This document shows, one piece after another, positions 7,828-17,450 of a DNA stretch of 64,000 nucleotides. This stretch comes from an uncultured Chryseobacterium sp. GTDB taxonomy: Bacteria > Bacteroidota > Bacteroidia > UBA10329. The DNA lies in assembly GCA_964500205.1 (NCBI GenBank), contig CAZCNS010000004.1:98260-162259 (forward strand). The letters run 5' to 3'. The notes under the pieces were generated by a model. It made no database searches and had not been told where the DNA came from. It was given only the letters and a program-made list of their open reading frames with translations. The position numbers and the translations under genes are program-made. Numbering within the stretch: the stretch's first letter is position 1; every line of letters begins with the position of its first letter.

Positions 7828-10533
7828 ATGACCGTGAAGCACTGGTTTGTCAGTTTACTAATGTCCTTTATGCGGAGAAAGGCTCCGCTCTCGTTTGTGG
7901 AGGAACCGAGTAGAAGGGTCATTTTGCCCGCCTCCACCATCTTCCTATTCCTATTTTCCATTTTCCCCTTCCACACCTCTTTCGCCCAGTTCACCGACAG
8001 CTTCACAGACGGTGACTTCACTCAGAACCCCACTTGGACGGGCAACACCGACCGCTTTGAGATAGACGCCCAGAGCCGCCTCTGGCTCAACGCCCCTGCC
8101 GAAGGCGCCACCTCTTACCTCGCCACGGCCAGCCAGGCCATCAACGATGCTTCGTGGGAATTCCTTGCTCGGATGGAGTTCAACCCTTCCAGCAGCAACT
8201 TCGCCCGCGTTTATCTCGTGTCGAGCTCCGATGACCTCACAGGCGACCTCAACGGCTACTTCGTCCGTCTGGGCGGAGAGACCGAGGACCGCATCTCGCT
8301 CTACAGGCAGTCGGGCGCATCCACCTCGCAGCTCATCGCTTCTGCGGACGGACTCCTCAATACCGACCCCGTGGAGGCACGCATCCGCGTCACCCGCGAT
8401 GCCATCGGCAATTGGGAGCTGCTGGCCGATGTGACGGGTGGAACGGACTTCACCTCCATCGGCACCGCCTTTGACGAATCCCATATTCTCAGCTTCCATT
8501 TCGGGGTTTGGTGCCGCTATACCAGCACGCGCAGCGACAAGTTCCGGTTCGATGATTTCTCTGTCACAGGCACGGGCTTCGTGGATGAGGTGACCCCTGT
8601 TCTGAACAGTGTGACAGTCGCCTCACAGACGGAGCTGCTGCTCGCATTTTCAGAGCCGGTGAGTGCTCCCACGGCAGAGAACCCCGCCAATTATGTGGCC
8701 GATGGCGGTCTGGGCAGCCCCGCCACCGCTGCCCGCGAAACGGGTGCTCCTGACCAGGTCCGGCTCACCTTCGGCACGGGCTTCACTGAAGGACAGACCT
8801 ACCAGCTTACCGTCTCTGGCTTAGAGGACCTTGCAGGCAATGCGATGGTCTCTACCACGCTGCCATTCACCTTTGCCATCCCCGTGCCTGCGGAATTCCG
8901 CGACATCGTCATCAACGAGTTCATGGCCGATGAGAACCCCAGTCAGGGACTCCCAGAAACGGAGTACGTGGAGGTCTTCAACACCACTTCCGACAAGTTC
9001 ATCGACCTCACAGGCTGGAAGCTCTGCGACAACAGTGGCTGTGGCACGGTTCAGTCCATCATCATCGGACCGGGGCAGTTCGCGGTGCTTGTGCCCACCT
9101 CAGGGGGAGAGCTGTTCCCGTTCACGCCCAATGTGGTCACGGTCACCTCGTGGGCTTCGCTCAACAATACAGGCGATGACATCGTGCTGCAAGATGCCGA
9201 GGAGAACACCATCGACCAACTCTCCTATACCACTGCCTGGTATGCAGATGAGGATAAGCAGGATGGAGGCTTCAGCATCGAGCAGGTCAACCCGTTCCGC
9301 AGTTGCACCGTGCAGGAGAACTGGCGGGCGTCCGAGAATGCCAATGGCGGAACGCCCGGATTCCCCAATTCCATCCTCGATACCACGCCCGACACCCTCG
9401 GCCCGCAGGTTACAGGTGTGGTCATCATCGCCAACGACCACTTGCAGTTGCTCGTGGACGAACCAGTTGACTTCAATTCAGTCGATGCCGCCAACATCAG
9501 CATCACCCCGGATGTGGGAGTCCTCATCGCATCTGCGGTCGAGCCGGGCCTCACCTCCATCGACATCTTCCTCACCTCACCGCTCGATACGGCAGTCACC
9601 TATCTGCTCACCATCAGCGCACTGGCCGATTGCGAGGGCAACCTGCAGGAGGGTTCGGCCACTGTGGAGGTGGAGCTGGCCTTCGATATCCGTCCGGGCG
9701 ATCTGATCATCAACGAGGTGCTCTTCAACCCCTTCACAGGTGGGCGCGACTATGTGGAGCTGCGCAACGTCAGCGGAAGACCCGTCAACCTGCGCGGCTG
9801 CCACCTCGCCAATTTTGCTGACGACACTGTCAGCTCCCTGCGCCTCATCACCGAGAACAATTACTCCATTCCGCCCGATGGATACGTCTGCCTCACGCAG
9901 GATACGCTCGATGTCATCGGTAAGTACATCAACCACGGCATTGGCAATTTCATTCAGATGACCTCGCTGCCGTCTTACAACAATGGCGAGGGCAACGTCC
10001 TCTTTCTCGGCCCTGATTCCACGCTTTTAGAACGTTTCGACTATGATGAGAAGATGCACTTCCCGCTGCTCAGCGATGTGAAGGGCGTGTCGCTCGAACG
10101 CCTCGACCCTAACCGACCGGTCGAGGACCGTGGCAACTGGACCTCGGCCGCTCAGACCGCAGGCTTCGGCACGCCCGGTCTGCCCAACTCGCAGATCAAC
10201 ATCTCATCAGGTGCAGTAGGGGAGGTGAGCACCGAGCCGGATATATTCTCTCCCGACAGTGACGGCATTCAGGATGTGCTGCTCATCAACTACCGCTTCG
10301 AGACGCCCAATACCGTGGCCACCGTGCGCATCTTCGACTCCAACGGACGGCCTATGCGCCTGCTCGCGGCCAATCAGACCCTCAGCACCGAGGGCACCTT
10401 CACTTGGGACGGCACCCGTGACGATGGCACCAAGGCCCGCATCGGCATCTATGTCATCCTCTTTGAGGCATTCGACCCCAGCGGGAAATCCTACACCCAC
10501 CGCTTGAGCGCGGTGCTCGGAGGCAGATTGTAA
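7828..10533 (+). CDS. Large secreted lamin-tail-domain (LTD) repeat protein with T9SS type-B (CHU_C/SprB-like) C-terminal sorting domain
   Basis: Signal peptide ending ...HTSFAQ. Two LTD-like segments (IVINEFMADENP...YVEVFN and LIINEVLFNPFTGGRDYVELRN). C-terminal FSPDSDGIQDVLLINYRF motif typical of the gliding-associated CTD. An alternative start is the ATG at 7861. Confidence 0.7.
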   Translation: MTVKHWFVSLLMSFMRRKAPLSFVEEPSRRVILPASTIFLFLFSIFPFHTSFAQFTDSFTDGDFTQNPTWTGNTDRFEIDAQSRLWLNAPAEGATSYLATASQAINDASWEFLARMEFNPSSSNFARVYLVSSSDDLTGDLNGYFVRLGGETEDRISLYRQSGASTSQLIASADGLLNTDPVEARIRVTRDAIGNWELLADVTGGTDFTSIGTAFDESHILSFHFGVWCRYTSTRSDKFRFDDFSVTGTGFVDEVTPVLNSVTVASQTELLLAFSEPVSAPTAENPANYVADGGLGSPATAARETGAPDQVRLTFGTGFTEGQTYQLTVSGLEDLAGNAMVSTTLPFTFAIPVPAEFRDIVINEFMADENPSQGLPETEYVEVFNTTSDKFIDLTGWKLCDNSGCGTVQSIIIGPGQFAVLVPTSGGELFPFTPNVVTVTSWASLNNTGDDIVLQDAEENTIDQLSYTTAWYADEDKQDGGFSIEQVNPFRSCTVQENWRASENANGGTPGFPNSILDTTPDTLGPQVTGVVIIANDHLQLLVDEPVDFNSVDAANISITPDVGVLIASAVEPGLTSIDIFLTSPLDTAVTYLLTISALADCEGNLQEGSATVEVELAFDIRPGDLIINEVLFNPFTGGRDYVELRNVSGRPVNLRGCHLANFADDTVSSLRLITENNYSIPPDGYVCLTQDTLDVIGKYINHGIGNFIQMTSLPSYNNGEGNVLFLGPDSTLLERFDYDEKMHFPLLSDVKGVSLERLDPNRPVEDRGNWTSAAQTAGFGTPGLPNSQINISSGAVGEVSTEPDIFSPDSDGIQDVLLINYRFETPNTVATVRIFDSNGRPMRLLAANQTLSTEGTFTWDGTRDDGTKARIGIYVILFEAFDPSGKSYTHRLSAVLGGRL

Positions 10534-10833
10534 AAGTTGTATAGGAGCCACAGAGGCTCATCCCATTACAGGGAGTTCAAAGATGCGGATACTCTCACCG
10601 CATCCACCGCAGCATATTCAGCCCTTTAGGCATGATGCGCACACCGGGTTCGGTAGGGGGCGACATCATCACCATGCTGATCTCTTTGTCGATGGTCACT
10701 TTGCGGATAGTCGGGCGGTTGTAGTTTTTCATGGTGTAAGGTGTACGAAGTTGTAAGGTGCGAGGCTCGGGGTTCATGACACTGACCAACCCGTTGTCTA
10801 TCTCCCCTATTTTTAATTCTTAATTCCTGATTT

Positions 10834-13800
10834 TTAATTGATCACAATCTTCTTGCTCTCCACTCCCTGCTCCGTCTCCACGCGCACCACGTAGATGCCC
10901 GTGGTCACGTTGGTGGCGATGGCCGTGCGTGTGCCGTTCAATGCAGCGGTCTGCACCACGCGGCCCGTCATGTCCATGATGGTCACCGTGCCGCGCTGCT
11001 CCTCGCTCTGGATGATGTTCACGGTGCGGTCGTAGGCGAAAATGTCCGTAGAGACGCGATTCATCGCGTCTCCGTCCATACCCACCACCTGTGCCGAGAA
11101 ATGCAGCACAAAACGGTTCTCGAACGTTCCGCCCTCACTCGTAAAGGTGTAGCTGGGCTCGTTGTCAAGACTTTGGAACGCTCCCGTGCCCAGGTCTTCC
11201 AGCCATGCGCTCACAGGCAGATCGAGCTCTGATGCGTTGATGGTGTACTCGCCTGCGGCCTGCACCCGGATGCCGAGCGGCACACTGGGCTGCGTCTCTG
11301 GGCTGTTGACCCCGTTGATGGCCATGCGCGTGCCCTCCACAATGCTCCAGAGCTGCGGCACCTCGGCAGGGGCCATCTGCTTCTGCGAGTCGTAGAGGTC
11401 GATGCCATTGCTGGCCAGGTCGTTGAAGTGGAGCATCGCCTCATCGGTTTGCGTCCCGTTGGTCAGCGTGAGGCGGATAAGGTCGATCCCATCGCGCAGG
11501 GTCTCGTCAGCGAGGTGGCTGCGCATGTCGTTGTTCATGGCAAGGATGCCCGTGTTGCCATCCTCGTTCACCCGCACCCAGAAGGCCTGCCCGGGGTGGA
11601 CGAACTCCGTTGCGCCCAGCAGCCCTATGCCGATCACGGCATTGTAGGTCGAGAAGACCATGTTGCCGGTCTGCTGCGTGCGGTACCAGATGGTGGGCAG
11701 CAGGTTGATGCTTCCCGCGCTGTAGGCGTCTCCCCAGTTGAGGAAGCTCGGGTAGGGGTTCCCAATGAGGTGGTAACCGCGCTGGCTGTTGGTGGTGCCG
11801 GTGCGGCTCAGGTCTGTGAGGCTCAGGTTGCCTGTGTTGAAGGTGCCGCCTGTGTATTCCACGGTCTCGGTTGCACCGAGGCGGGCGAGGTATCCGCGCA
11901 TGGGGCTTAGGGCGCTCACATCGTCCGTGATCTCGCCCCAGCCGCTGCCGTTGGGCCCGTTGGCCTCGGCCACCTCATCGTGCCCCCAGATGCGGTTGTC
12001 GCCCGCTGCACCGTAGGCCCCGCTGACAGTGCCGCTCACCGTGGGTGCCACGTACCAGTGGCGGCCATCGGGCGTGCCGCCACCGCTGCCCGTCAGGTAC
12101 TGCTGCGCAATGAAGGTGCCGCTGCCGCCCACCGTGCCGAGGGTTATTACGGTGCCGTTGCCCGTGGCATCGCTCTCCAAGGTCATGCTGCCGTTGTTCG
12201 TTACGTTGCCGCTCACCGTCAGCGCCCTGCCCGGCTCTACCACCACCTCGGCCCCCGCATCCACCGTCAGGTTGCGGCATGTGGCAGGGTTCTCCGGTGT
12301 CAGGTCGATGTGTGGCTGGTTCGCGGGGTCGGCTGTGATCAGCACATCATCATCCGCGCCCGGCACCGCGCCCGATGACCAGTTCCCCGCATTGCTCCAG
12401 AGGTTGCTCTCGCTGCCGTCCCAGCCATCGTAGATCCGTACTGTGTAATCCTCCACCTGCCCGAACCCGGAGTTGCCGCACGGGGTATCGTTCGGCCCGA
12501 AGGTCGGGCTGGTGTCATGCAGCCGCACGCGCATCCGGGTGGTGCCTGTGCTCGCATTGGCAGGTATCGCGATCGTGCCCGTGCGCGTGCCCAAGCCCGT
12601 CTGGTCGAACAGCAGCTCGTTCACCTCGTCAAACTCCCCGTCTCCGTTCAGGTCTATCCATATCAGCGTCTGGTCGCTGGAGTATCCGTTGGATATCGTC
12701 ACCGACACAGGATAGCTCGCACCGCGTGCCACCGTGCCTACCAGCCCGGTGTGATTCTCATACCCCCCGGTGGTCGATGTCGTGTTGTCTATTCCCGCGA
12801 ACTGCACCCTGCCTATCTTCTCATACTCGCTGCTGTTCGCACTGGCCGCGCAGTAGCTCACGCACGGGTCGCTGCCTATCGCCACCGCGCCCAGCGAGTG
12901 CCGCAGCGAGCTACGAGGGCCTCCGTCCACCACCGCGTTCATCCGCACCGACTGGCCCTCCGTGAACATGTGCATGCAGCCGTCCACCGTGTAGTCCATG
13001 TAGTTCATGAACATCTCACCGTTGGCATTGCTCCCGCAGGCGTTGTTCGGTCTTCTCGGGAACGCAGGGCAGCCTCCGTTCGATTCCAACTGAGGGGGCG
13101 TGTCGTCCACCAGGTCGTTGCCGCAGGTGGCATCGCCCCAGATATGCCGCAGGTTCAGCCAGTGGCCCACCTCGTGCGTCATCGTCCGGCCCTTGTTGTA
13201 AACAGGGTTGTCGGGGTGGGGCGTCTCTATCGACCCTGTGGTGTAGTACGCGTTCACCACCCCGTCTGTCAGCGCGTTGCCGCCCGGGAACTGCGCATAG
13301 CCCAGCAGGTCATCGCTGGCGTTGAAGCGCACCGTCCACACGTTCAGGTAGTTGTCCCGGTCCCAGATCGTGGCGGGCTTCAGTGTGCTGTTGATCTGCG
13401 TGCGGGTCCAATCCGCCCGGCCCCCGTTCACCCTCACGATCCCGGTCGTGGGCTGGCAGTCGGGCGTGCGCTGCGCCAGAGCGAACTGTATCCTCGTGTT
13501 CGCGGCCGCTGGGGCGAAGGCCCCCGGTATCAGCCCCACATCCGAGTTCAGCAGCGCGAAGTCAGCGTTCATCTGCGCCAGTTGCGCGTGGATGTACACC
13601 TCGTCCAGGTTCTCGCCCGTGCCCACTGCCTGTCCGTTGTGTACGATGTGGAATACCACCGGTATCACCACCACATCCTCCTCGCCCGACCGCTGCGACA
13701 GGTCATACTGTGCCGTGTACTCCTCCAGGTCGTCCAGCACCCGCTGCATGTCCGGGTTCTGCTGCAGTTGCTCTGCCAGTTCCGTCATCGTGCCGCAGGT

Positions 13801-13872
13801 GCGCTGTGCCCAAGCACCGGTCGTCATCAGCAGCAGCAGGAGGGAGGTAAGGGTCCTTTTCATCCTTGTCAT
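10834..13872 (-). CDS. M43 (pappalysin/ulilysin-like) zinc metalloprotease with GEVED domain and T9SS type-A C-terminal sorting domain
   Basis: Metzincin motif HEVGHWLNLRH. GEVED-like GFGQVEDYTVRIYDG. C-terminal GIYVVRVETEQGVESKKIVIN is typical of Por-secretion CTDs. Start chosen at MTRMKRT with signal peptide (13872); the ORF-table start at 14013 lacks a signal peptide. Confidence 0.8.
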   Translation of the reverse strand: MTRMKRTLTSLLLLLMTTGAWAQRTCGTMTELAEQLQQNPDMQRVLDDLEEYTAQYDLSQRSGEEDVVVIPVVFHIVHNGQAVGTGENLDEVYIHAQLAQMNADFALLNSDVGLIPGAFAPAAANTRIQFALAQRTPDCQPTTGIVRVNGGRADWTRTQINSTLKPATIWDRDNYLNVWTVRFNASDDLLGYAQFPGGNALTDGVVNAYYTTGSIETPHPDNPVYNKGRTMTHEVGHWLNLRHIWGDATCGNDLVDDTPPQLESNGGCPAFPRRPNNACGSNANGEMFMNYMDYTVDGCMHMFTEGQSVRMNAVVDGGPRSSLRHSLGAVAIGSDPCVSYCAASANSSEYEKIGRVQFAGIDNTTSTTGGYENHTGLVGTVARGASYPVSVTISNGYSSDQTLIWIDLNGDGEFDEVNELLFDQTGLGTRTGTIAIPANASTGTTRMRVRLHDTSPTFGPNDTPCGNSGFGQVEDYTVRIYDGWDGSESNLWSNAGNWSSGAVPGADDDVLITADPANQPHIDLTPENPATCRNLTVDAGAEVVVEPGRALTVSGNVTNNGSMTLESDATGNGTVITLGTVGGSGTFIAQQYLTGSGGGTPDGRHWYVAPTVSGTVSGAYGAAGDNRIWGHDEVAEANGPNGSGWGEITDDVSALSPMRGYLARLGATETVEYTGGTFNTGNLSLTDLSRTGTTNSQRGYHLIGNPYPSFLNWGDAYSAGSINLLPTIWYRTQQTGNMVFSTYNAVIGIGLLGATEFVHPGQAFWVRVNEDGNTGILAMNNDMRSHLADETLRDGIDLIRLTLTNGTQTDEAMLHFNDLASNGIDLYDSQKQMAPAEVPQLWSIVEGTRMAINGVNSPETQPSVPLGIRVQAAGEYTINASELDLPVSAWLEDLGTGAFQSLDNEPSYTFTSEGGTFENRFVLHFSAQVVGMDGDAMNRVSTDIFAYDRTVNIIQSEEQRGTVTIMDMTGRVVQTAALNGTRTAIATNVTTGIYVVRVETEQGVESKKIVIN

Positions 13873-13966
13873 GGTTGGTTTGCGGTTGCAAAGTGCGGAA
13901 AATTCCATCACAGCACCACGCCATTCCGACAAACCCCACCAAATCACCTCCCGCCACCCGAACCCG

Positions 13967-14182
13967 TCACTGCGAGCGCAGCGAAGCAGTCTCCCCGTTA
14001 CCCTCCTCCGCAACCATCACCCCCTCCGCGCAGTAGTCGCGCAGCACCTCGTTTAGCAGGTCAGCCGTAAGGTCAGTGCTGCCGGCCAGTATGGTGCGGA
14101 ACACCTCCAAGCGGTCATCCACGCTCAGGGTGTTCAGCCTTTCATCATCGCGGAAGAAGGACATGAAGTCGTCTCGGGTCAT
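13967..14182 (-). CDS. Hypothetical small protein (72 aa from ATG; the longer ORF would need a TTG start)
   Basis: GC-rich ORF abutting the low-GC HNH islet, with acidic composition. No recognisable family. Confidence 0.3.
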   Translation of the reverse strand: MTRDDFMSFFRDDERLNTLSVDDRLEVFRTILAGSTDLTADLLNEVLRDYCAEGVMVAEEGNGETASLRSQ

Positions 14183-14223
14183 GGGATAATGGGATGTCAG
14201 TGGAGAATAGCTAAGCCTATGGT

Positions 14224-14478
14224 TCAACTTGCAATTCCGTATGAACTCTTCGTGAAGTGTATCCCTTCAATTGCCACAACTGCTTCATAGCGTGAAAGGG
14301 TCTCTTCATCAGAGGCATACTCTTCTAACAAGGAATCACATATGTAGACCTGAATGGCCTCCAAGGACGTCCTTCCTCTACTGTTGCCAATATGTCTTCC
14401 GTACTTGAAGATCGCGAACAGCGTGAAGCATTCGAGAGTTTTATGGGATGGACGAATGAATCGAGATTTGTTCGTCAT
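14224..14478 (-). CDS. Hypothetical small protein, 4-bp ATGA overlap with upstream HNH gene
   Basis: 84 aa ORF in a low-GC segment. Its start overlaps the HNH stop, which suggests translational coupling. Could equally be a gene remnant. Confidence 0.3.
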   Translation of the reverse strand: MTNKSRFIRPSHKTLECFTLFAIFKYGRHIGNSRGRTSLEAIQVYICDSLLEEYASDEETLSRYEAVVAIEGIHFTKSSYGIAS

Positions 14479-15257
14479 TGTTGAAATCGGTTATCGTAAT
14501 GCTCCTTCAGAAACTCTTTATCAGGCCAAAACTTCTTCGGCTCCTGAATACGCTTTCCTTCATACTGAAAGAATAATTCCTCCAGTTTACTTGGCTCACC
14601 ATAGCCTTTCAACTTGGGTGAGACCTTAATGATGTAGTCAGGCGTGATAGAGATCAGCCCTTGCTCATAGGCTTTGTCATGCAGGGCGTTGATCGCAATG
14701 CCGTTGTGTGGGTTCATCCTGTTCTTCTCATCATCTGCCCAACGCTTGATGTGACCCGCAACCAAGAGTTCAGGTTTGCTGATACCCGTGATGCAGCACG
14801 TGCCATCATAGGCTGAGAGCACCATTTTCCGGAAGAATGACTGATTCACCCGCATCTTCACCACCCTTTCACGCTCCTCTCCTCCTTTACTGAGGATAGC
14901 ATCGAGGTCAGGCTCATCTGCAAGCACATCTTCAATGTTGCGAAGCTCTTTTTGGGCCCGCAGCAGTTCACTCTCAAAGGCTACGCTCTCAATATTACCA
15001 TAGAACTCATCCCATATCTCCCTGTCCAACTTGCTTGCGTTCGTAGCACCTTTTACGCCCCGTGCTTGAAGCATGGGGTCGAAGCTTGCAAGATTCCCCA
15101 GTTTCAACCCAACGGACGAAGGCGTCCTGCCGATCAGGTTGGCAAGTGCGATCACTTCAGAGTTGTTCTTATGAAACTTGCCAAACGGCAGCTTAGAATA
15201 CAGGTTGATTGCCAGTATTAACTCCTCTCTTGTCCAAAGTTTCTGTCCTGCTTTCAT
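14475..15257 (-). CDS. HNH endonuclease (HNH_2 / putative restriction-endonuclease-like family), solitary
   Basis: 260 aa. C-terminal HNH core ...YDGTCCITGISKPELLVAGHIKRW...NPHNGIAINALHDKAYEQGLI. Local GC is roughly 44% versus ~60% for the flanks. Confidence 0.75.
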   Translation of the reverse strand: MKAGQKLWTREELILAINLYSKLPFGKFHKNNSEVIALANLIGRTPSSVGLKLGNLASFDPMLQARGVKGATNASKLDREIWDEFYGNIESVAFESELLRAQKELRNIEDVLADEPDLDAILSKGGEERERVVKMRVNQSFFRKMVLSAYDGTCCITGISKPELLVAGHIKRWADDEKNRMNPHNGIAINALHDKAYEQGLISITPDYIIKVSPKLKGYGEPSKLEELFFQYEGKRIQEPKKFWPDKEFLKEHYDNRFQQ

Positions 15258-15290
15258 TGCTCTTAGCTTGAGGGTGCAATCTACTACTGC

Positions 15291-15626
15291 TCACACTTTC
15301 CCCAACTCCTCAATCAACTCTCTCACCTTGCCCAACTCCTTCTCATACCACTCACGTACCCCGAACACCTCGGCCTTCACCACCTCGTCTCTTCCATTAT
15401 AAAAGGTCATGCCCATGATGGTGCGCACGCCCTCCTCCGAGAACTGCGTGGGGAACTTCGCCAACTGAGGCACTACCTCGTTGCGTTCGTTGGTGGTCAG
15501 TGTCATCGGCCCCACCTGCACGATCAGGTTGCACCGTTCCAGCATCCTGACGCTAAGTGTGCGTTCATAAGCCAATGCTCGCTCTTCAAGTTCTTGCAGG
15601 GTCTGTTCAAGTCTGTGTCTGTCCAT
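15291..15626 (-). CDS. Hypothetical protein
   Basis: About 111 aa from the internal ATG (MDRHRLEQTLQELEER...). Host-like GC. No family recognised. Confidence 0.4.
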   Translation of the reverse strand: MDRHRLEQTLQELEERALAYERTLSVRMLERCNLIVQVGPMTLTTNERNEVVPQLAKFPTQFSEEGVRTIMGMTFYNGRDEVVKAEVFGVREWYEKELGKVRELIEELGKV

Positions 15627-15718
15627 GATGCAAACCAACACCCCCACACCGTAACCTATTTACGGTCTGCGCTGTGGCTGGGTCTGTTGCATGGCCGGGT
15701 GTGGGCCGCTTGGTTCTG

Positions 15719-15955
15719 TCAGCGCGTGCGGATAGGCACGAAGCTTCTTCTTTTCTGCCATCTGCACGTGCAGAAGGGCACAAAGGGTTCCCTTTTATAC
15801 AATCTGCACGTGCGGAAGGGCACAAAGGGTTTCCTTTTATACAATCTGTACTTGCAGAAGGGCACAAAGGGTTTCCTTTTATACAATCTGCACGTGCGGA
15901 AGGACACAAAGGGTTTCCTTTTAAACAATCTGCACGTGCTGATAATCGGAAAGCT
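15719..15955. repeat. Tandem direct repeat array, ~42-bp unit x ~5 (tctgcacgtgcRgaagggcacaaagggtttccttttatacaa)
   Basis: Read directly from the sequence. Four near-identical contiguous copies (15767-15935) plus degenerate partial copies on each side. No spacers, so it is not CRISPR. Each unit contains the CACGTG palindrome. Confidence 0.9.
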
Positions 15956-16227
15956 TTTGCTTTGATATGATATGCACGGGCGGATGGGTAGCAGGTATCT
16001 TTTTCGGGAGAATGGTAGCGTGCGGATGAGGGAGGGCCGGCAGGCCGCCCGCAGGGAAGGTGAACTGATGGTGGAGGAGCAAGAGCTTGTCGGAATCGTG
16101 TAAGGACATCCCGCAGATGGAGATACGTGATACACGTATGTGCAAAAGACGGGCGATAAAGGCAATAAAAGTTACTAAAATAAATGATCCGCAAAAATCT
16201 CGTGTTGATGTATTTCAATATGCAATC

Positions 16228-16236
16228 TATTGTTTG
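16228..16236 (+). promoter_or_regulatory. Bacteroidetes-type -7 promoter element TATTGTTTG (TAnnTTTG consensus), with a TTG about 23 bp upstream
   Basis: Lies 42 bp upstream of the ATG at 16278. Matches the sigma-A -7 consensus known for Bacteroidetes. Confidence 0.4.
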
Positions 16237-16277
16237 CCAGAAATTTGCGACCATGTCTAACCTTAAAAACAAACAAA

Positions 16278-17249
16278 ATGAGCGACACATCCTGGCATTA
16301 CCTGAGCAACCAGTTTGAAACGGCCACGCGGGGCAGTTTCAAGCGGACCAACATCCTGAACAACGACCACCTGAGCAAGCTGAACAGCGAGGCGGCCGAC
16401 CCTGACATGGCGGCCCTGTCAGCCCGAACGGCCCCGCTGAGCGCGGCTTTCAGTGCGGCCTACAGCAACTACATCATGATAAACGGCACCTATAAGGGCC
16501 ACACCCAGCTGGTGGACAACCTGCTGCTTGAACTGAGCAGTCAGAAGATCAAGCAGTGGGACATTCAGGTACAGGTGCAGCATCTGGAGGGCACTCCTAC
16601 TTATATGATGATATTGCCCAACAGGCGCGGGCCTTTTCAGGAAGGCACGAAGGACGACCGTCTGAGTGCGGTGGAGGCTTTGGCCGAGGCACTGCTGGCC
16701 TATCCGGCCCTTGCGGCCACACAGGCTGATGTGGACAGCTTCGCCACGCAGCTTCGCACGGCCCGCGACAACCAGCAGCAGAAGGAGCAGCTCGCGGCCA
16801 TGGCGAGCGACCAGCTGGAAGTGGCACGCAAGGCACTCTGCACCATGATGTACGGCAACCTCGGGGTGCTGATGGACAAGTACCGAGACACGCCCGACAT
16901 GATCGAGAACTTCTGGCAGCTGGACCTGATAAGGCGGACGGGGCAGGGAAACGATGATGACGACCTGCCACAGAACGGCATCCGCATAGCAGGGACGGTG
17001 CGCTCGCAGAACGGCAACATGGGCATTCCCAACGCACTGGTGCGGGCCTACAACGCCATGCAGGGCCCAGGGGCAGGCACCATGGAGGTATTCTCCGGTG
17101 CGGACGGATCATACCTTCTTGCGGTGGATGACCTTCCGGAGGCCATCATGCTGGTGATCGAGGTATCGGCCGCGGGCTATCCGTCTCAGAGCAGGAACCT
17201 GAACGTATCGCCCGGTCAGACCTACGAGGGCGAGGATTTCTATCTCTGA
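16278..17249 (+). CDS. Hypothetical protein with C-terminal carboxypeptidase-regulatory-like beta-sandwich domain
   Basis: Start placed at MSDTSWHY downstream of the -7 motif. No signal peptide. C-terminal GIRIAGTVRSQNGN...GADGSYLL pattern. Confidence 0.5.
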   Translation: MSDTSWHYLSNQFETATRGSFKRTNILNNDHLSKLNSEAADPDMAALSARTAPLSAAFSAAYSNYIMINGTYKGHTQLVDNLLLELSSQKIKQWDIQVQVQHLEGTPTYMMILPNRRGPFQEGTKDDRLSAVEALAEALLAYPALAATQADVDSFATQLRTARDNQQQKEQLAAMASDQLEVARKALCTMMYGNLGVLMDKYRDTPDMIENFWQLDLIRRTGQGNDDDDLPQNGIRIAGTVRSQNGNMGIPNALVRAYNAMQGPGAGTMEVFSGADGSYLLAVDDLPEAIMLVIEVSAAGYPSQSRNLNVSPGQTYEGEDFYL

Positions 17250-17450
17250 AGACAACGCCCTTGTGTGCCCAGAGGGCCGTGCTTCCGAATGGGGGCGCGG
17301 CCTTTTTTCATTTCCACAGGGGCATCAGCGGCCCTCGTCTCTCGTCCCCCGTCCCTTCGTTGAGCGAAGCGAACTCCCGCCCAAGCGGGACACCCAATCG
17401 CAAATCGCAAATCGTTAATCGTTCTTCGCCAATCCCTCGCCCCTCGCCCC

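Noticed and set aside
10595-10789. 64-aa ORF between the LTD and M43 genes
   Set aside because: It occupies a convergent-terminator spacer with odd composition and no RBS-like context. Kept out of features, but could be a small protein.
12517-14070. 517-aa ORF on the plus strand
   Set aside because: Lies entirely antisense within the M43 metalloprotease gene. Its Arg/Pro/His-rich low-complexity translation is typical of a high-GC antisense frame.
15719-15955. Possible CRISPR array
   Set aside because: The repeats are contiguous with no unique spacers, there are no cas genes nearby, and the unit is 42 bp with a decaying edge. It is a plain tandem satellite/iteron array.
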